In this document: positions 52,234-63,819 of the stretch, in pieces
Layout of the letters: the number at the start of each line of letters is the position of its first letter
How positions within the stretch are numbered: position 1 is the first letter of the stretch
DNA from: Fimbriosthenelais zetlandica
Lineage: Eukaryota
Direction of reading: 5' to 3'
NCBI GenBank assembly: GCA_977030845.1
Contig: OZ365118.1
Span: 18,414,001-18,478,000, forward strand
DNA length: 64,000 nucleotides
Position numbers and translations under genes: made by a program
The notes under the pieces: generated by a model
What the model was told of the DNA's origin: nothing
Databases searched by the model: none
The model's input: the letters and a program-made list of their open reading frames with translations, nothing else

Positions 52234-53217
52234 CTCTCAGCACCCTCTGGATATCAGACTGTATGCAGGAATATAGCCTTAGCATGGCATGGCGTTAAAT
52301 CACCATTTATTCACATCCGGGGGAGGAGGTGATGGGTGTAAATAGTTAGAGTTGGTAAATGCTGCCTACCTGAATTAACGATGCGTAATATAGCTTCATA
52401 TAGACACATATCATCGTTACATTAATGGACATCTCGACACACTGTCAGGATTGTTGGGAGTTTGTGTTAATAATCACTGTAATTATTATTAAACATGGTT
52501 AATAACACGTAGATTATGGCACGCTGGTCGTGCTATCAGGTATATACTGGTGCTTGTAAAGCCTTACAGTACACATAAACCTGCGTCACACTGTGTCCCG
52601 TTTTGCAAAAATCATGTGTCCATCGGCTGTCAAAATCGGGAGAGTGTGCATGACGCAGGCATTAATTAATACATTTAATAATAACCACAACTCAATACCG
52701 TTAACTGCTACAGTGAGAGGTTGGTTCAGGCTCACCATGTTAACCAGGAGTTCAGTAATAAATCAATGTATATATGGTAATTAATTATCTTTTTTAAATG
52801 TGAATGTCTATGAATGAATATAGTGTTACTAGTACATTGATGCGAATGTCTATGAATGAATATTGTATTACTAGTACTTTGTCACAATAAGGCCTGTGCC
52901 CACAGTTGGAGATGGCGCCACTAGTTCCATGCTATATGTTAGAGGCACGCTCCCTTTCTCTAAACACTGAGGTAAAAAACATGCGGGATGTGGAGCGAAA
53001 CAGGCAATTAAAATACGTTGAAGGCCTTTGCTCTTCACAGAAATTTATGATTAATTTATTTATCAAACGGACAAATAAAATAGTTCGCCCTATGATCCAG
53101 AGGTAAAATGGAGTCAACTCCGTGGTTACGAGGAAAAGATGGCAGCAAGGAGAGGTAGGATATATAGTACTACCGCCTTAAACCGACCAACTTTGGGACT
53201 GACCAAAAGAGGTCAGA

Positions 53218-53289
53218 AACCTTCGGACCTTGCCTGATCAGGTATGTAGTTCGGAACCTTCGGACCTTACCTGATCAGGTATGTAGTTG
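53218..53289. repeat. 37-bp tandem duplication
   Basis: AACCTTCGGACCTT(G/A)CCTGATCAGGTATGTAGTT at 53218 and 53255. Confidence 0.9.
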
Positions 53290-53497
53290 GGATAGTACGA
53301 GTTGCCCCCTCTTGTCTCACAAATGCCTAATTACCACTTCACTTGTCAAGCTCATCCGTTAAATTAAAGTGGAGTTTGGTACAAAAACATACTGACATTG
53401 TATACGATGTACACGTATACCTATACCTCGGTGCTACCTATAAACGGATACTAGTAGGTTTACCTTATTCGTTTCTTTCAACCCACTGGCAACAGTT

Positions 53498-54744
53498 ATG
53501 GTGAGTTATTACTGTTTAGTTTTCTCATACCATCTCTCTTCTCTCTATCGTATTTCGTGCTCATTTTAATCTATTATGTACTATTTTGAAGTAAATGTGA
53601 GGATCAAGTTGAGATTATGTTTTATAAATATTTGTGATGTACTTTCAGGATATAAGATTGTTTATGTTAGCGGGTGTTTTCCTGCTGGTTGGTTGTGGCT
53701 TAGTTCTCTACATCACGCCTGTCAATAGTGAGTATTGTTCCTCAAACTTACAACTCCCTTCTCCCTATATCATCTATGGCTTAACTAATGTTGTCTATTT
53801 TGTCAGATCGTCTTGCTCCACCAAGAATGATTTTAAAACAGACTGCTGTACCGGAGGACAGATCTGAGTGTGCTTCAAAACAGACTACTGGACCCAAGGA
53901 GAGATCTGACCGAAGAATAAAGAGAATCGAGCACCGGTGCCATCTTCTGAGTCAGAAGTATGGCCATATGAAGAATTCATTAGACACTCATTCCCGCCTG
54001 TCGCTCCTGGTGGATCAGAAGCACCAAGTTCTCTATTGTCCAACAGGCAAAGTGGGCAACACGGCATGGCGAGGTAAAATGATTCAAACCTCGGACGCGG
54101 GTCAAGCAAATCCCCGCCTGGCAAATATCAACTTTGGGCCAGGACTGACAACTAAGATCCTGTCAAGGTGGGTGTCCTTGTGGAGCTTTAAATGATCTTA
54201 CGAGGTTATCTGACCTTGTCAATTAGGCTGACCTTGACCTTGTCAATATTTAATTTCGAGCTTATCCATTCACAGGTACGGCATCTTTCCATTGAAGAAT
54301 TTCTCCGAGGCAGAAAGAAAAGAAATTTTTACCAAGTATAAGAAGTTTCTGTTTGTGCGGGACCCTCTCGACCGGCTGGTTTCTGGTTATCGACATTTTG
54401 GGCAAAGAACAATGAACTTCAAGGCCTTCATTTTTCGGTACACCCATAGCAATCTCAGAAGCTGTGACTTTGCTCCCGCCATTGAGTGCTGTAACCCCTG
54501 TGCCATAAAATTTGACTTCATCGGACACTTTGATAATTTCTCCGAGGATTCCTATTATGTGCTCAGGACATTCTTCAATGAGACTAAGTTAAAGTTTGGA
54601 TCTAGTCCACATGCCACCCACACTAACAAAAAAGTGACTGAAAAGTTTATCAAAACATTGACTGACGATTTGAGGCAAAAATTGTTATTAAAGCTATCAG
54701 CGGATTTGTATCTTTTCAGTTCAGAACCTGGAATCTGGGCATGA
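53498..54744 (+). CDS. Carbohydrate sulfotransferase (Sulfotransfer_2; CHST11/HNK-1ST-type), Golgi type II, 303 aa
   Basis: join(53498-53500, 53649-53727, 53807-54167, 54276-54744); 912 nt in frame; start codon ATG|gtgagt at an exon end. N-terminal TM, 5'-PSB-like YCPTGKVGNTAW, 3'-PB FLFVRDPLDRLVSGY, CNPCAIKFDFIGHF. Confidence 0.88.
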
Positions 54745-55254
54745 TTCAGTTTAAATGATGTTATAATATGATGTAATATAAGATAGCCCTGGGTATGTTA
54801 TAGTTATTTATTATACCCCTATATTCTTTGAATTCTATAACATACATAACAGTCATAGAAAAAAATAAAAAATAATGCTGGATTCTATAGAATTTTGCGG
54901 GTTGTTGCATCAATTTCTCTTTGTGAGATTGAAGCTGTCATCACGCAGAATAACATGGCCGTGGGGAATAGAGGTAAATTATAATTTATATTTATTTTCT
55001 ATTTAAATCTTTTTACACTCGGGTATCTATGTACAAGGAAATTAGAGGGGATTCACTACCCTCACTCCACTTGGATTGTTTGGAATGGTATAATTTGACA
55101 CCTACCCTAAAGCTTTGTGGTATTAAAAGCTGCAGCATGGGTGGTGATGCGCCCTATTCAGTTCTATTCAGCACCAACAATACAGTGACATTATGTGGTG
55201 GTGGCTGTGGGGAGTATAGTGTGGTTAGATACCGTCTGTGGTGCTAGAGACGAG

Positions 55255-55300
55255 GAGAAATAGAGAAGAGAGAGAGAGAGAGAGAGAGAGAAGAGAGAAC
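55255..55300. repeat. (AG)n microsatellite
   Basis: agagaagagagagagagagagagagagagaagagag. Confidence 0.9.
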
Positions 55301-55432
55301 AGACAAGTAAAGTATAGGCTGTCACAGCAAGCGTCCTTTAAGCCATATTTAGGTTGTCACATATCATGACACTAGCTGACATAACTTGCAATGATCAATT
55401 ATTTTTAAAAAAACTTATTTTATTTTTCAGCC

Positions 55433-58400
55433 ATGGCTGGAGCAGGAGGTGATAATTCGACGGTTATCCGCCATTTTATGTGCAGTACGACGTTCCATGG
55501 TCTCCACTACGTGTCAGACGTCAAGGGTCAGCCACTGAGAAGGTCAGTCATATAATAACTATATCATCCGGGGGTCTGGTACTCAGTACCAGTAAGCTAA
55601 TTAGGGACCACCTCAACAGTTTTTTCTCTAAATTAAGTTCTTCAATTTTGAACCAGACCACCACCCCACTTCCATGCATTTTTTTCATCAATTAAAGTGA
55701 GCCTCGGTCCACCACCACATGTTTTAAAGGATTTAAATTTAGAAGAAGAAAAACTTGCGAACTTTTGAGGTGGCCTCTTATGGTTACCCAGTGAGACTGT
55801 CAGTGTTTAATGAGTGCTCTATGTTCCTCAGTGAAGGATTTGATGGTTAATATAAGCTAACATCTTCACTTCAGGTTCCTCTGGATGCTGGCAGTGTTGG
55901 CAGCCTTCACCGTCCTGGCTATCATTATCGTGGCTAACTCTCTACTGTTTTATCGCTACCCGAAAACACTGGCTGTTAACATTCAGTATGGTCAACATGT
56001 CCCCTTCCCGGCAGTTACTATCTGTAACCTTAATATGATCAGGTAAGTCATCACCTTAATATGATCAGGTAAGTCATCAGGCCTCATATCTCAGTTACTA
56101 TCTGTAGGCCTAACCTTAATATGATCAGGCAAGACAACATCTCTTACCTCACATATTTGTTCTCTGATTTTGGGGTGATAATTATTTACGGAACAAGTTG
56201 TGACAAATCTGATATATTGCTCCCTCGTTCTGGCTTTTGAGTGTACTACCACCATAGCTGTAAGAGATGTGTCTAGAGGTGTTTGGTAAGATGTTTGGTC
56301 ATACTTTCAGATCATCTGTAGCGCAGAAGCGCGATTTGTACGACAGTTTACGTCGTGATTTCCTCCGATTCCGGACCAACAGTCCCCGCAAAGATGAAGG
56401 TGAGAAATAAATCTATTACAAATTGTCTGATAATCCCTTTCACTTTATCCTTAATTGCATGGACATTAACATAGTTAACATGGTTATTTTAGAGTTACTC
56501 TGCAGCTCCTTATAGGTGAGAAATAATCGTCTAATTATCTTTCTCTTGATACGTAACTTCATGTTATTTTGAGTTATTTTGCCTGTTTTTTTTTCAGGAG
56601 AGGAGGGTACGTTTTATGGGTACATTAACGTGAGTGTCGTCGGTGAGGTGACAGCTCTCAGCCCGCCCGTGTCTGGTGTCACATTGTCTGTCTGTCAGCA
56701 GCTATGTGTGGGTCGGCAGGATGTGGCCTGTAACTCTATACTCTATGATTATAACCATGGTCAGTGTACTCTGTCACAGGCTATACTCTCCTCCTCTACT
56801 GTCACCTTTATACACCAAGATAATGTCCACTACCTGGAGTACATACGTCCTGAAAGTAAGTCATACTGTCCTTAAAGGTCCACTATCGTTATCCTCACAC
56901 GGCTCATCCACTAGGTTGCAAGAGACAAGAGATTGCTTGCGATTAGAAGCGATGGGTGTAGATGAGGTGCCAGCAATCAGATCGCTATTGTTCATTCACA
57001 TAAGCGATCTGATCGCCGGTACATCGCCCATCGCCTGTAATCGCACCAATATTCCAAATATTGAACGGTTGAATCGCCAGTGGTCGATCCCCCTTGCAAC
57101 CTAGTGGATGAGTCATATTAATTATTCATCTAAATGTATTCATATGTCCTCTACTCCTTAATCGCCACCTATATTTGTTATCCTACTAATCGTCACCTAT
57201 TGTTATTAACCTCTGACTTATTGATGACCTCGCCTACCATGTCTTCTATCTGATGTGTCCATCTCCCCTTTGACACCTGTAGTTACTGAGTGCTGTGTGA
57301 TTTTGACATCACCCTGTACACTCCTCCCATCTAGTGTTAGGTTCAGACCTTATACTGTGTATTGATGGACTCATTGTGGGGGACTCAATGTCCTCTATGT
57401 AGATCTTTCTTTACTTTATTAAATATTAACAGCATTTTAAATGTACATTGACGATCCATTACTAGCACTGTGAGTTAGCCGGGGGACAACAAGCATTTTT
57501 ATGTCCCATCAATGGATCCACTAACAGGTGGAGATTTAGCACACTAAAATTACATCACAAACATGCAAGATTAATCATCGTATGTAATTATGTCAGAAAC
57601 TAGAACGAGTGGACGTGTTGTAGCCATCAGCGGATCATGTTCTGTAGGAATATTAAAAATAACAGAAACTGTTAAATAATGTGAGAAATATCTGATCCGC
57701 CAAACGATGTTTGTCTGTTTAAGGTACGTTAGACATGCGGTGTATGTTCGAGGCTGGGTTATGTCATCTACACCACAGCGGTGATGAACACGCCGTGTGG
57801 AGGCGAACTCTGCGATCAGAGAATGGTTACTTTACAGGTCCCCGCGGTGACCACACCTCCCAACAAGGTACTCTAACTCTTTACTGATATCAAATATTAA
57901 CAGTGGATCATTATTGTATTTCAAGATATTACATTTTGATCTAAGGCATGTAAAATTAGAGTATTACTTTAATTATAGGTTACTAAATGTATTAGATTAC
58001 ACTGCTCTATCATTTACAGGCTACTATTAAAGGCCTATATCTATTACAGGGTACTATATATCTATTACAGGGTACTATATATCTATTACAGGCTACTATA
58101 TATCTATTTCAGGCTACTATATATCTATTACAGGCTACTATATATCTATTTCAGGCTACTATATATCTATTACAGGCTACTATATATCTATTTCAGGCTA
58201 CTATATATCTATTACAGGCTACTATATATCTATTTCAGGCTACTATATATCTATTACAGGCTACTATATATCTATTACAGGCTACTATATATCTATTACA
58301 GGCTACTATATATTTATTACAGGCTACTATATGTACGTGTCTATAGGTGAGGGGGAGGTAGCCGGTATCGCCTCCTCCCTCATCACAGCTCGCTCTAGTC

Positions 58401-61400
58401 AGCGATGTCTTGAGTTTTACTATCACATGTACGGCCGTAACGTGGGTGAGGTGAGACTAAACCTCCACCACGCGGACGGTGTGAAGGAGATCATCTGGCG
58501 GATTAAGGGTAATCAGGGGGCGGTGTGGTACAGAGCGTTTATACCCGTACATAGTGAGGTGTATAGGCTGGAGCTGGAGGGGACAGGTAGAGCCGGTCAC
58601 GAGGATTATATAGCCATAGATGACCTACGACTAGCTGAATGCTCCTCATTCAGTAAGTCTCATTCTTCTGCCAAGTTTCCTCTATACTTACCAACAGTTA
58701 GCTGTAAAGTAGTAAGACAGGTACAGAAATGAACATTCTCTGTTGCTAGAGTAACAATTAACTTGCCTCTCTAAGTGTCATTACGAACTTTTGGTGACTT
58801 ATGCAGTTCCTGATCTTGAATCTTCTTGGCATTGGCATTTCCTCAACTGCTCAATAATTGACTTATATTCATTGTTTTTTCAGAGACTAACTGTCAGAGA
58901 TATGCTGACGGTTCAGACTATGTGGGTAACGTATCAGTGAGTAGTACAGGTACATCGTGTGTGATGTGGTCTCAGGTCTCATCTCCCCTCAATCATCTAC
59001 ACTTCCCGTATTACTCTATAGACGAGGCAGCTAACTACTGTAGGAACCCTGATGGCTCCCACTCTCCCTGGTGCTACGTTCATCTCGCGGGAGCACGAGA
59101 GTTCTGTGACATCCCTTTCTGTGGTAAGATCAGAATTCTTCTTTATTTATGAGCCTTTAAGAAGTCATTTACCAAAGCAACAGTTTTGTTGCCATATTCG
59201 TACAATGTAACATTTTGCTCTTGTTTCTAAGTCTCTGACTATATCGTTTGTTTAAGTAACTTTCAACCAGGAAAGGAGATTTGGTGATAGCTTGATGGCG
59301 GCCATCTTGTCTCTGTCAGTGTTACCTTAGCTTGATGGCGGCAATCTTGTCAGTGTTACCTTAGCTTGATGGCGGCCATCTTGTCTCTGTCAGTGTCAGT
59401 GTTATTTTGCAGCATGTGCTGACAGTGAGTTTTTGTGTAGTAATGGTCGATGTGTGACAGCTGACAGACTGTGTGACGGCGGGAATGACTGTGGTAATAT
59501 GGAGGATGAAACTTTAAAAACCTGTGGTGAGTTTAACTTCAATAAATTACAATACTACTGGTTTACTGCCAAGCCAGCCTGACTGGGTCGCTGCTTAGGT
59601 CACATCCTCCTACCCCTAATTAGCACATTGCCCCTGGTCTTATTGATATATCTCTTATACATCTATGTTTCATTTTGAAGCTGTGAGTGTTGGTTGTGAC
59701 TTTGAGCAAGCCTTCATGTGTGGTTACACGGTTAACCAGAAGAGTCAGGTGTTTACTTGGAGACGTCAACAAGGTCAGACAAGGTCACCTGATACTGGTC
59801 CAATATTAGACTACACGGAGGACGCGGCAACAGGTGATTATTACATTAACACATCTCTAACGTCTTAATAAACGTCTAACTTACAGACAGACTTACTGAT
59901 CAATGATATATATGTGATTGTCAGGTTCCTACATGCACGTGGACGCGACGTTTGGTAGTCAGGGTGACTGGGCCACTCTGATGTCACCGTTTGTATATAA
60001 CGTGTCAGACGTCATGCCTGGATGTCTACAGTTCGCTTATCACATGTATGGCCAACATATAGGTAAAGTTATCGTGGCAAGAACACTCATTTTAATGCAT
60101 TTTTTATTTCAATTAATGAACAAGAACACATTTCCATATTTATTCTTGAAAAGAAAATGGCATTATAATAGGTTGATAATACTCTATAATGTAATAATGA
60201 TTGATGATTCTATGTTTATGTAGGGTCGCTCCATGTACTATTGCTGGGTGGAGGTGAGGTCTATAGACTATACAACCTACCTGAGATCAGTGAGGATGAG
60301 TGGGTGAGTCAGTCATTGACTCTCAACCACTCTGACCTGCTCTCTATCACCACCTCTCTACAGCTAGCCTTCATGGTGGTGAGAGGTGATGGGACATTGG
60401 GTGATATCGCTATAGACGGGGTGAGGCTAGAGACAGGTACGGTGTGTCAGGCACACCTGGCAGGTGAGTCCAGTATTATTATACCAAATATATATAGGGA
60501 TTCCCCTGTGACGTCACAGCGTCCAAGCCCGGTCAGGGGGATTCCCTTGGTGACCTATGTCCAAGGGCAAGGGATCAAGCAGATATTAGCCAGGCCCTGT
60601 AGAGATCCTATACCTGTCTTATTGTGTATAGCTGGCTTTAGTATAGGTTCTGAGTACTTGCTGATGGTCATTTTGGTCACTTTCTTCCCTACAGGATGCC
60701 CTTCTGGTCAGTACCAGTGTAGGAATGGTCGGTGTATTGGTCAGCGCGGTGTGTGTGATGGGGAGGATGACTGTATGGACCGGTCAGATGAGGCGCATGT
60801 CTGTGGTCAGTTTATACCACCTTTACCATTCATTTATACTGCAATTTGTCATTCATAGTCTTAGTGATTTACTAATATGTTTACCTGTACAGCCTCGTTG
60901 GCCTGTGACTTTGAGAGAGGATCTAAATGTGGATACACGGAGAGTGTAACTGATTACCAGCAGTTTGAGAGAAGACGGAGACCTGAGTCACAAACCCGCA
61001 TCCTAGCTCCAGATTATCAAGCAAGGCTCCTCACAGACGGTGAGAGATCTCACTACATTTATTTGACTCATTTTCTGCCTTTATCGTCTCCTTTTAGGAC
61101 TTTCTAAACCCAATTTAAGTCTTTCGGCCTAAATTTAACATCTTCAGTCTATATGGGCCTGTATCTAGCCGTGATTTAATCAGCTTTTAATCATGTTTTA
61201 TTATTGTATTATCAGAGTATTACCTCTACTGGAGCATGGATCGTTACGGTTTGTCTGGCGTCTCTCACCGCCTGACGTCACCGTGGTGGCACGTGACGTC
61301 TGACGTCATCTGTCTGACGTTTCTACGTCAGGCGTTCTCTGGGAGCGGGGGTGTGTTACAGGTTTATATAGAGGAGGTAGAGGGCGCTGAGAGACTGATG

Positions 61401-63819
61401 AAAACCTACCCACAGGACAAGACACAGACCTGGTACATGGAGGAGATCAACGTAATGTGCCCATTTAGTTACCCTTTAAACGTTCATTACTGATGCCCAC
61501 ACACTAATCCCATGCTCAAACACGTCGCCATTCGATAACCCATTCTAATGATATCTAATGAAATTGTGTCTGAGCAATAAGTCAGCTAATCTCTATATAA
61601 GGAGATCAAGATTTTGTATTCCATTTTGTTTTTTCTAGATAATTGTCAGCAGCTCCAAACTTCGTGTCATATTTGAGGCTACCAGTACGTACATCGGCAG
61701 TAATGTTGGCATAGATAATATTAACTATCTACATGAGCCATGTAACACTACAGGTGAGTCTTACTGCTGATTAATCTGATCTATAGTCTGTGTCACACAC
61801 AATGTGAGGTGGTACGCCTTATTCGGTTAAATGTCTCATTGCCCACTTGTTTTCTAGTTGCCAGTGTGAACTGCTCGTTTGATGAGACCTATATCTGCGG
61901 CTACTCTGTCAGTGTCTATTCTGATTATCACTGGACAAGACAATGTTAGTATCTCTCTAATTCTGACTCATCTTCTTATATATTTATTAAGTAAGAATAA
62001 GGAGAAAGGAGGTCTGAGATCCTGGGATAAACTGTTTAAAGTTTTAAGTGTTTGTCCCATGTCATATTTCTGTGTATTATATGAGAGTTTGTTTCCGTTT
62101 TGACAGTATCTGATGATAGGTGGTATGTGATAGGAGTTGATCATGAAGCTAAACATGGTGGAAACACGACCCACCTTACTTCCCCACTCACTCTCCTCAC
62201 TCACCCACACTGTCTCCACTTTACCTACAAGATGGATGGTCTGAAACCAGACAAGTTCTCACTACATCTTAAACAGGCTGGCTACTACAGGTAGGTCTAA
62301 TAAATACCCCAATTGCATAAACTTACCTACAACTATTACACAATCTAGTCTGTAATGCTATACCAGTAGTCAGTTTAATCTGTATTAAGTACCTCTATAT
62401 TTGTAGACAGGTGTGGTGGGTGACGGGATACCAGGGTGAGACGTGGAGGGATGTAGAGCTGGACGTGGAGGGAGGAGAGTACCAGCTGGTGTTTGAATCT
62501 ATCAGGGGGTATGAGGACACCAATAACCTACAGCTGGATGAAGTCTACCTCACCCCGGGCCCCTGTAATATCTCCACATGTAAGATATCCTTGATTTTAA
62601 TTAATTTCCTCAATTGCTGACATATTTTTCTCTGTATTAAGTTAATATAAGTTAATGCTGATATGAGCTGACATGTTATTTTGTGTTTCAGGTGACTCTA
62701 ACACCAGTTTTAGCTGTAATAATGGGTTCTGTGTCGCTCTGTCGGTGGTCTGCGACGGCTGGGACGACTGTAGAGACATGAGTGATGAACTAATCTGCAG
62801 TAAGCTTCAATCTCTTAATGCCTCAATAATTCTTAACGAGCTCTCATCAAAATATCCAACCTCTCTACTCAAGAGAATACCCAAGCTCTCTACTCACCTT
62901 GACGCCAATTTCTCTTTGTTTAATGGTTCAATAACAATATATTCTTACAAGATTATATTAAATTTAAATTGGATTATATTAATTTTTCAGGTGATAGTTG
63001 TTTGACGGGTAGAGGGGAGTTCTACAATGGGAGAGTGAACGTGACCATTGATGGTCAGACGTGTCTGTTGTGGTCAGCTTTACCCGAGTCTCTACCGTTA
63101 CGTGTGTTTCCTGATAGAGATGAGAGAGGGAGGAGGAACTACTGTAGGAACCCTGGAGGGGGATTAGATGGTCCATGGTGCTACACCAGCCTGGCCGGAG
63201 ACTGGAGCTACTGCCCCGTCACTCGCTGCCGTTAGTACTTAATATTACTCCTAATCGTTTCTGTCTGAGATATCAAAGGCCAGCCATATTTCATTAATGA
63301 GAAGGTATACAAACATATATCATTAAAAGTCTGGTGAATGATATAAATGGTGACTATTGTACATTGTTTTAACACCTCAGCTTGCCGGGAGAACCAGATT
63401 GAGTGTCGTAACGGTCGCTGTGTGCCGCGCGCCGCTCAGTGTAACGGCGTCAACGACTGCGGCGACAACTCCGACGAACGCGACAACTGTAGCAAGTATA
63501 CCATGTCCTTAATATAATTTACTTTAGTGGAGTCAGTATGCTATAATGTTGCATTGCTAATTGGTGTACGAGGGAACAACCCATAGGGCAAAGTAAATGG
63601 TGTGGTCCAAGAACAATAAGTAGTGTTCAAGGGATGGACCGTATAGATATATCACTTTATTTACATTAATTCTAGTATTAATTGTAGTATTTTTGTCTGT
63701 GTGGTCAGCTGGCTCTATCAGTTGTGATTTTGATGAGCCGTACATGTGTGGGTATCAGATTGACCAGCAGAACTACCCCTACATCTGGCACCGTGATGCC
63801 TGGAACCTGGCCACAGGGG
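55433..63819 (+). CDS. DEG/ENaC/ASIC-family N-terminus fused in frame to PAN-MAM-Kringle-LDLa-MAM-LDLa-MAM-MAM-LDLa-Kringle-LDLa-MAM...; 3'-partial, about 1,202 codons in the window
   Basis: 22 exons: 55433-55542, 55875-56042, 56311-56399, 56598-56855 (PAN), 57724-57867 + 58323-58652 (MAM1), 58884-59123 (Kringle), 59413-59526 (LDLa), 59681-59833 + 59925-60062 + 60224-60463 (MAM2), 60695-60805 (LDLa), 60893-61039 + 61216-61451 + 61639-61753 (MAM3), 61858-61944 + 62107-62290 + 62407-62579 (MAM4), 62692-62799 (LDLa), 62991-63230 (Kringle), 63381-63491 (LDLa), 63709-63819 (MAM5 start). Channel motifs: [10 protein letters not shown] (HG motif), TM1 [33 protein letters not shown]. Kringle NYCRNP..PWCY. 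LDLa C..GRC..CDG..DC...DE. MAM CDFE..CG..W..DHT / CL.F.YHMYG / GDIAID. Confidence 0.9.
56903..57112. mobile_element. MITE (210 bp) in intron 4 of the channel-like gene
   Basis: Perfect 20-bp TIRs: CTCATCCACTAGGTTGCAAG (56903-56922) and CTTGCAACCTAGTGGATGAG (57093-57112). Interior rich in GCGAT/ATCGC. TSD and superfamily not resolved. Confidence 0.8.
58030..58332 (+). repeat. 21-bp minisatellite built from a 3' splice site (CAG|GCTACTATATATCTATT(A/T))
   Basis: AG dinucleotides end at 58049, 58070, 58091 ... 58322: 14 sites spaced exactly 21 nt apart. Confidence 0.97.
59288..59400. repeat. Intronic 34-40-bp tandem repeat (about 3 copies) just upstream of the LDLa exon acceptor
   Basis: TAGCTTGATGGCGGC(C/A)ATCTTGTC(TCTGTC)AGTGTTACCT units. 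Confidence 0.9.

Noticed and set aside
53105-53156. Upstream ATGs as a start for the sulfotransferase
   Set aside because: With the donor near 53155 they give phase 1 or 2 joins that hit stops in the 53649 exon; the ATG at 53498 fits phase 0.
56676-57104. 142-aa plus-strand ORF
   Set aside because: Out of frame with the PAN exon and runs into an intronic MITE.
58235-58426. Minus ORF with YIVACNR repeats
   Set aside because: Antisense reading of the 21-bp minisatellite.
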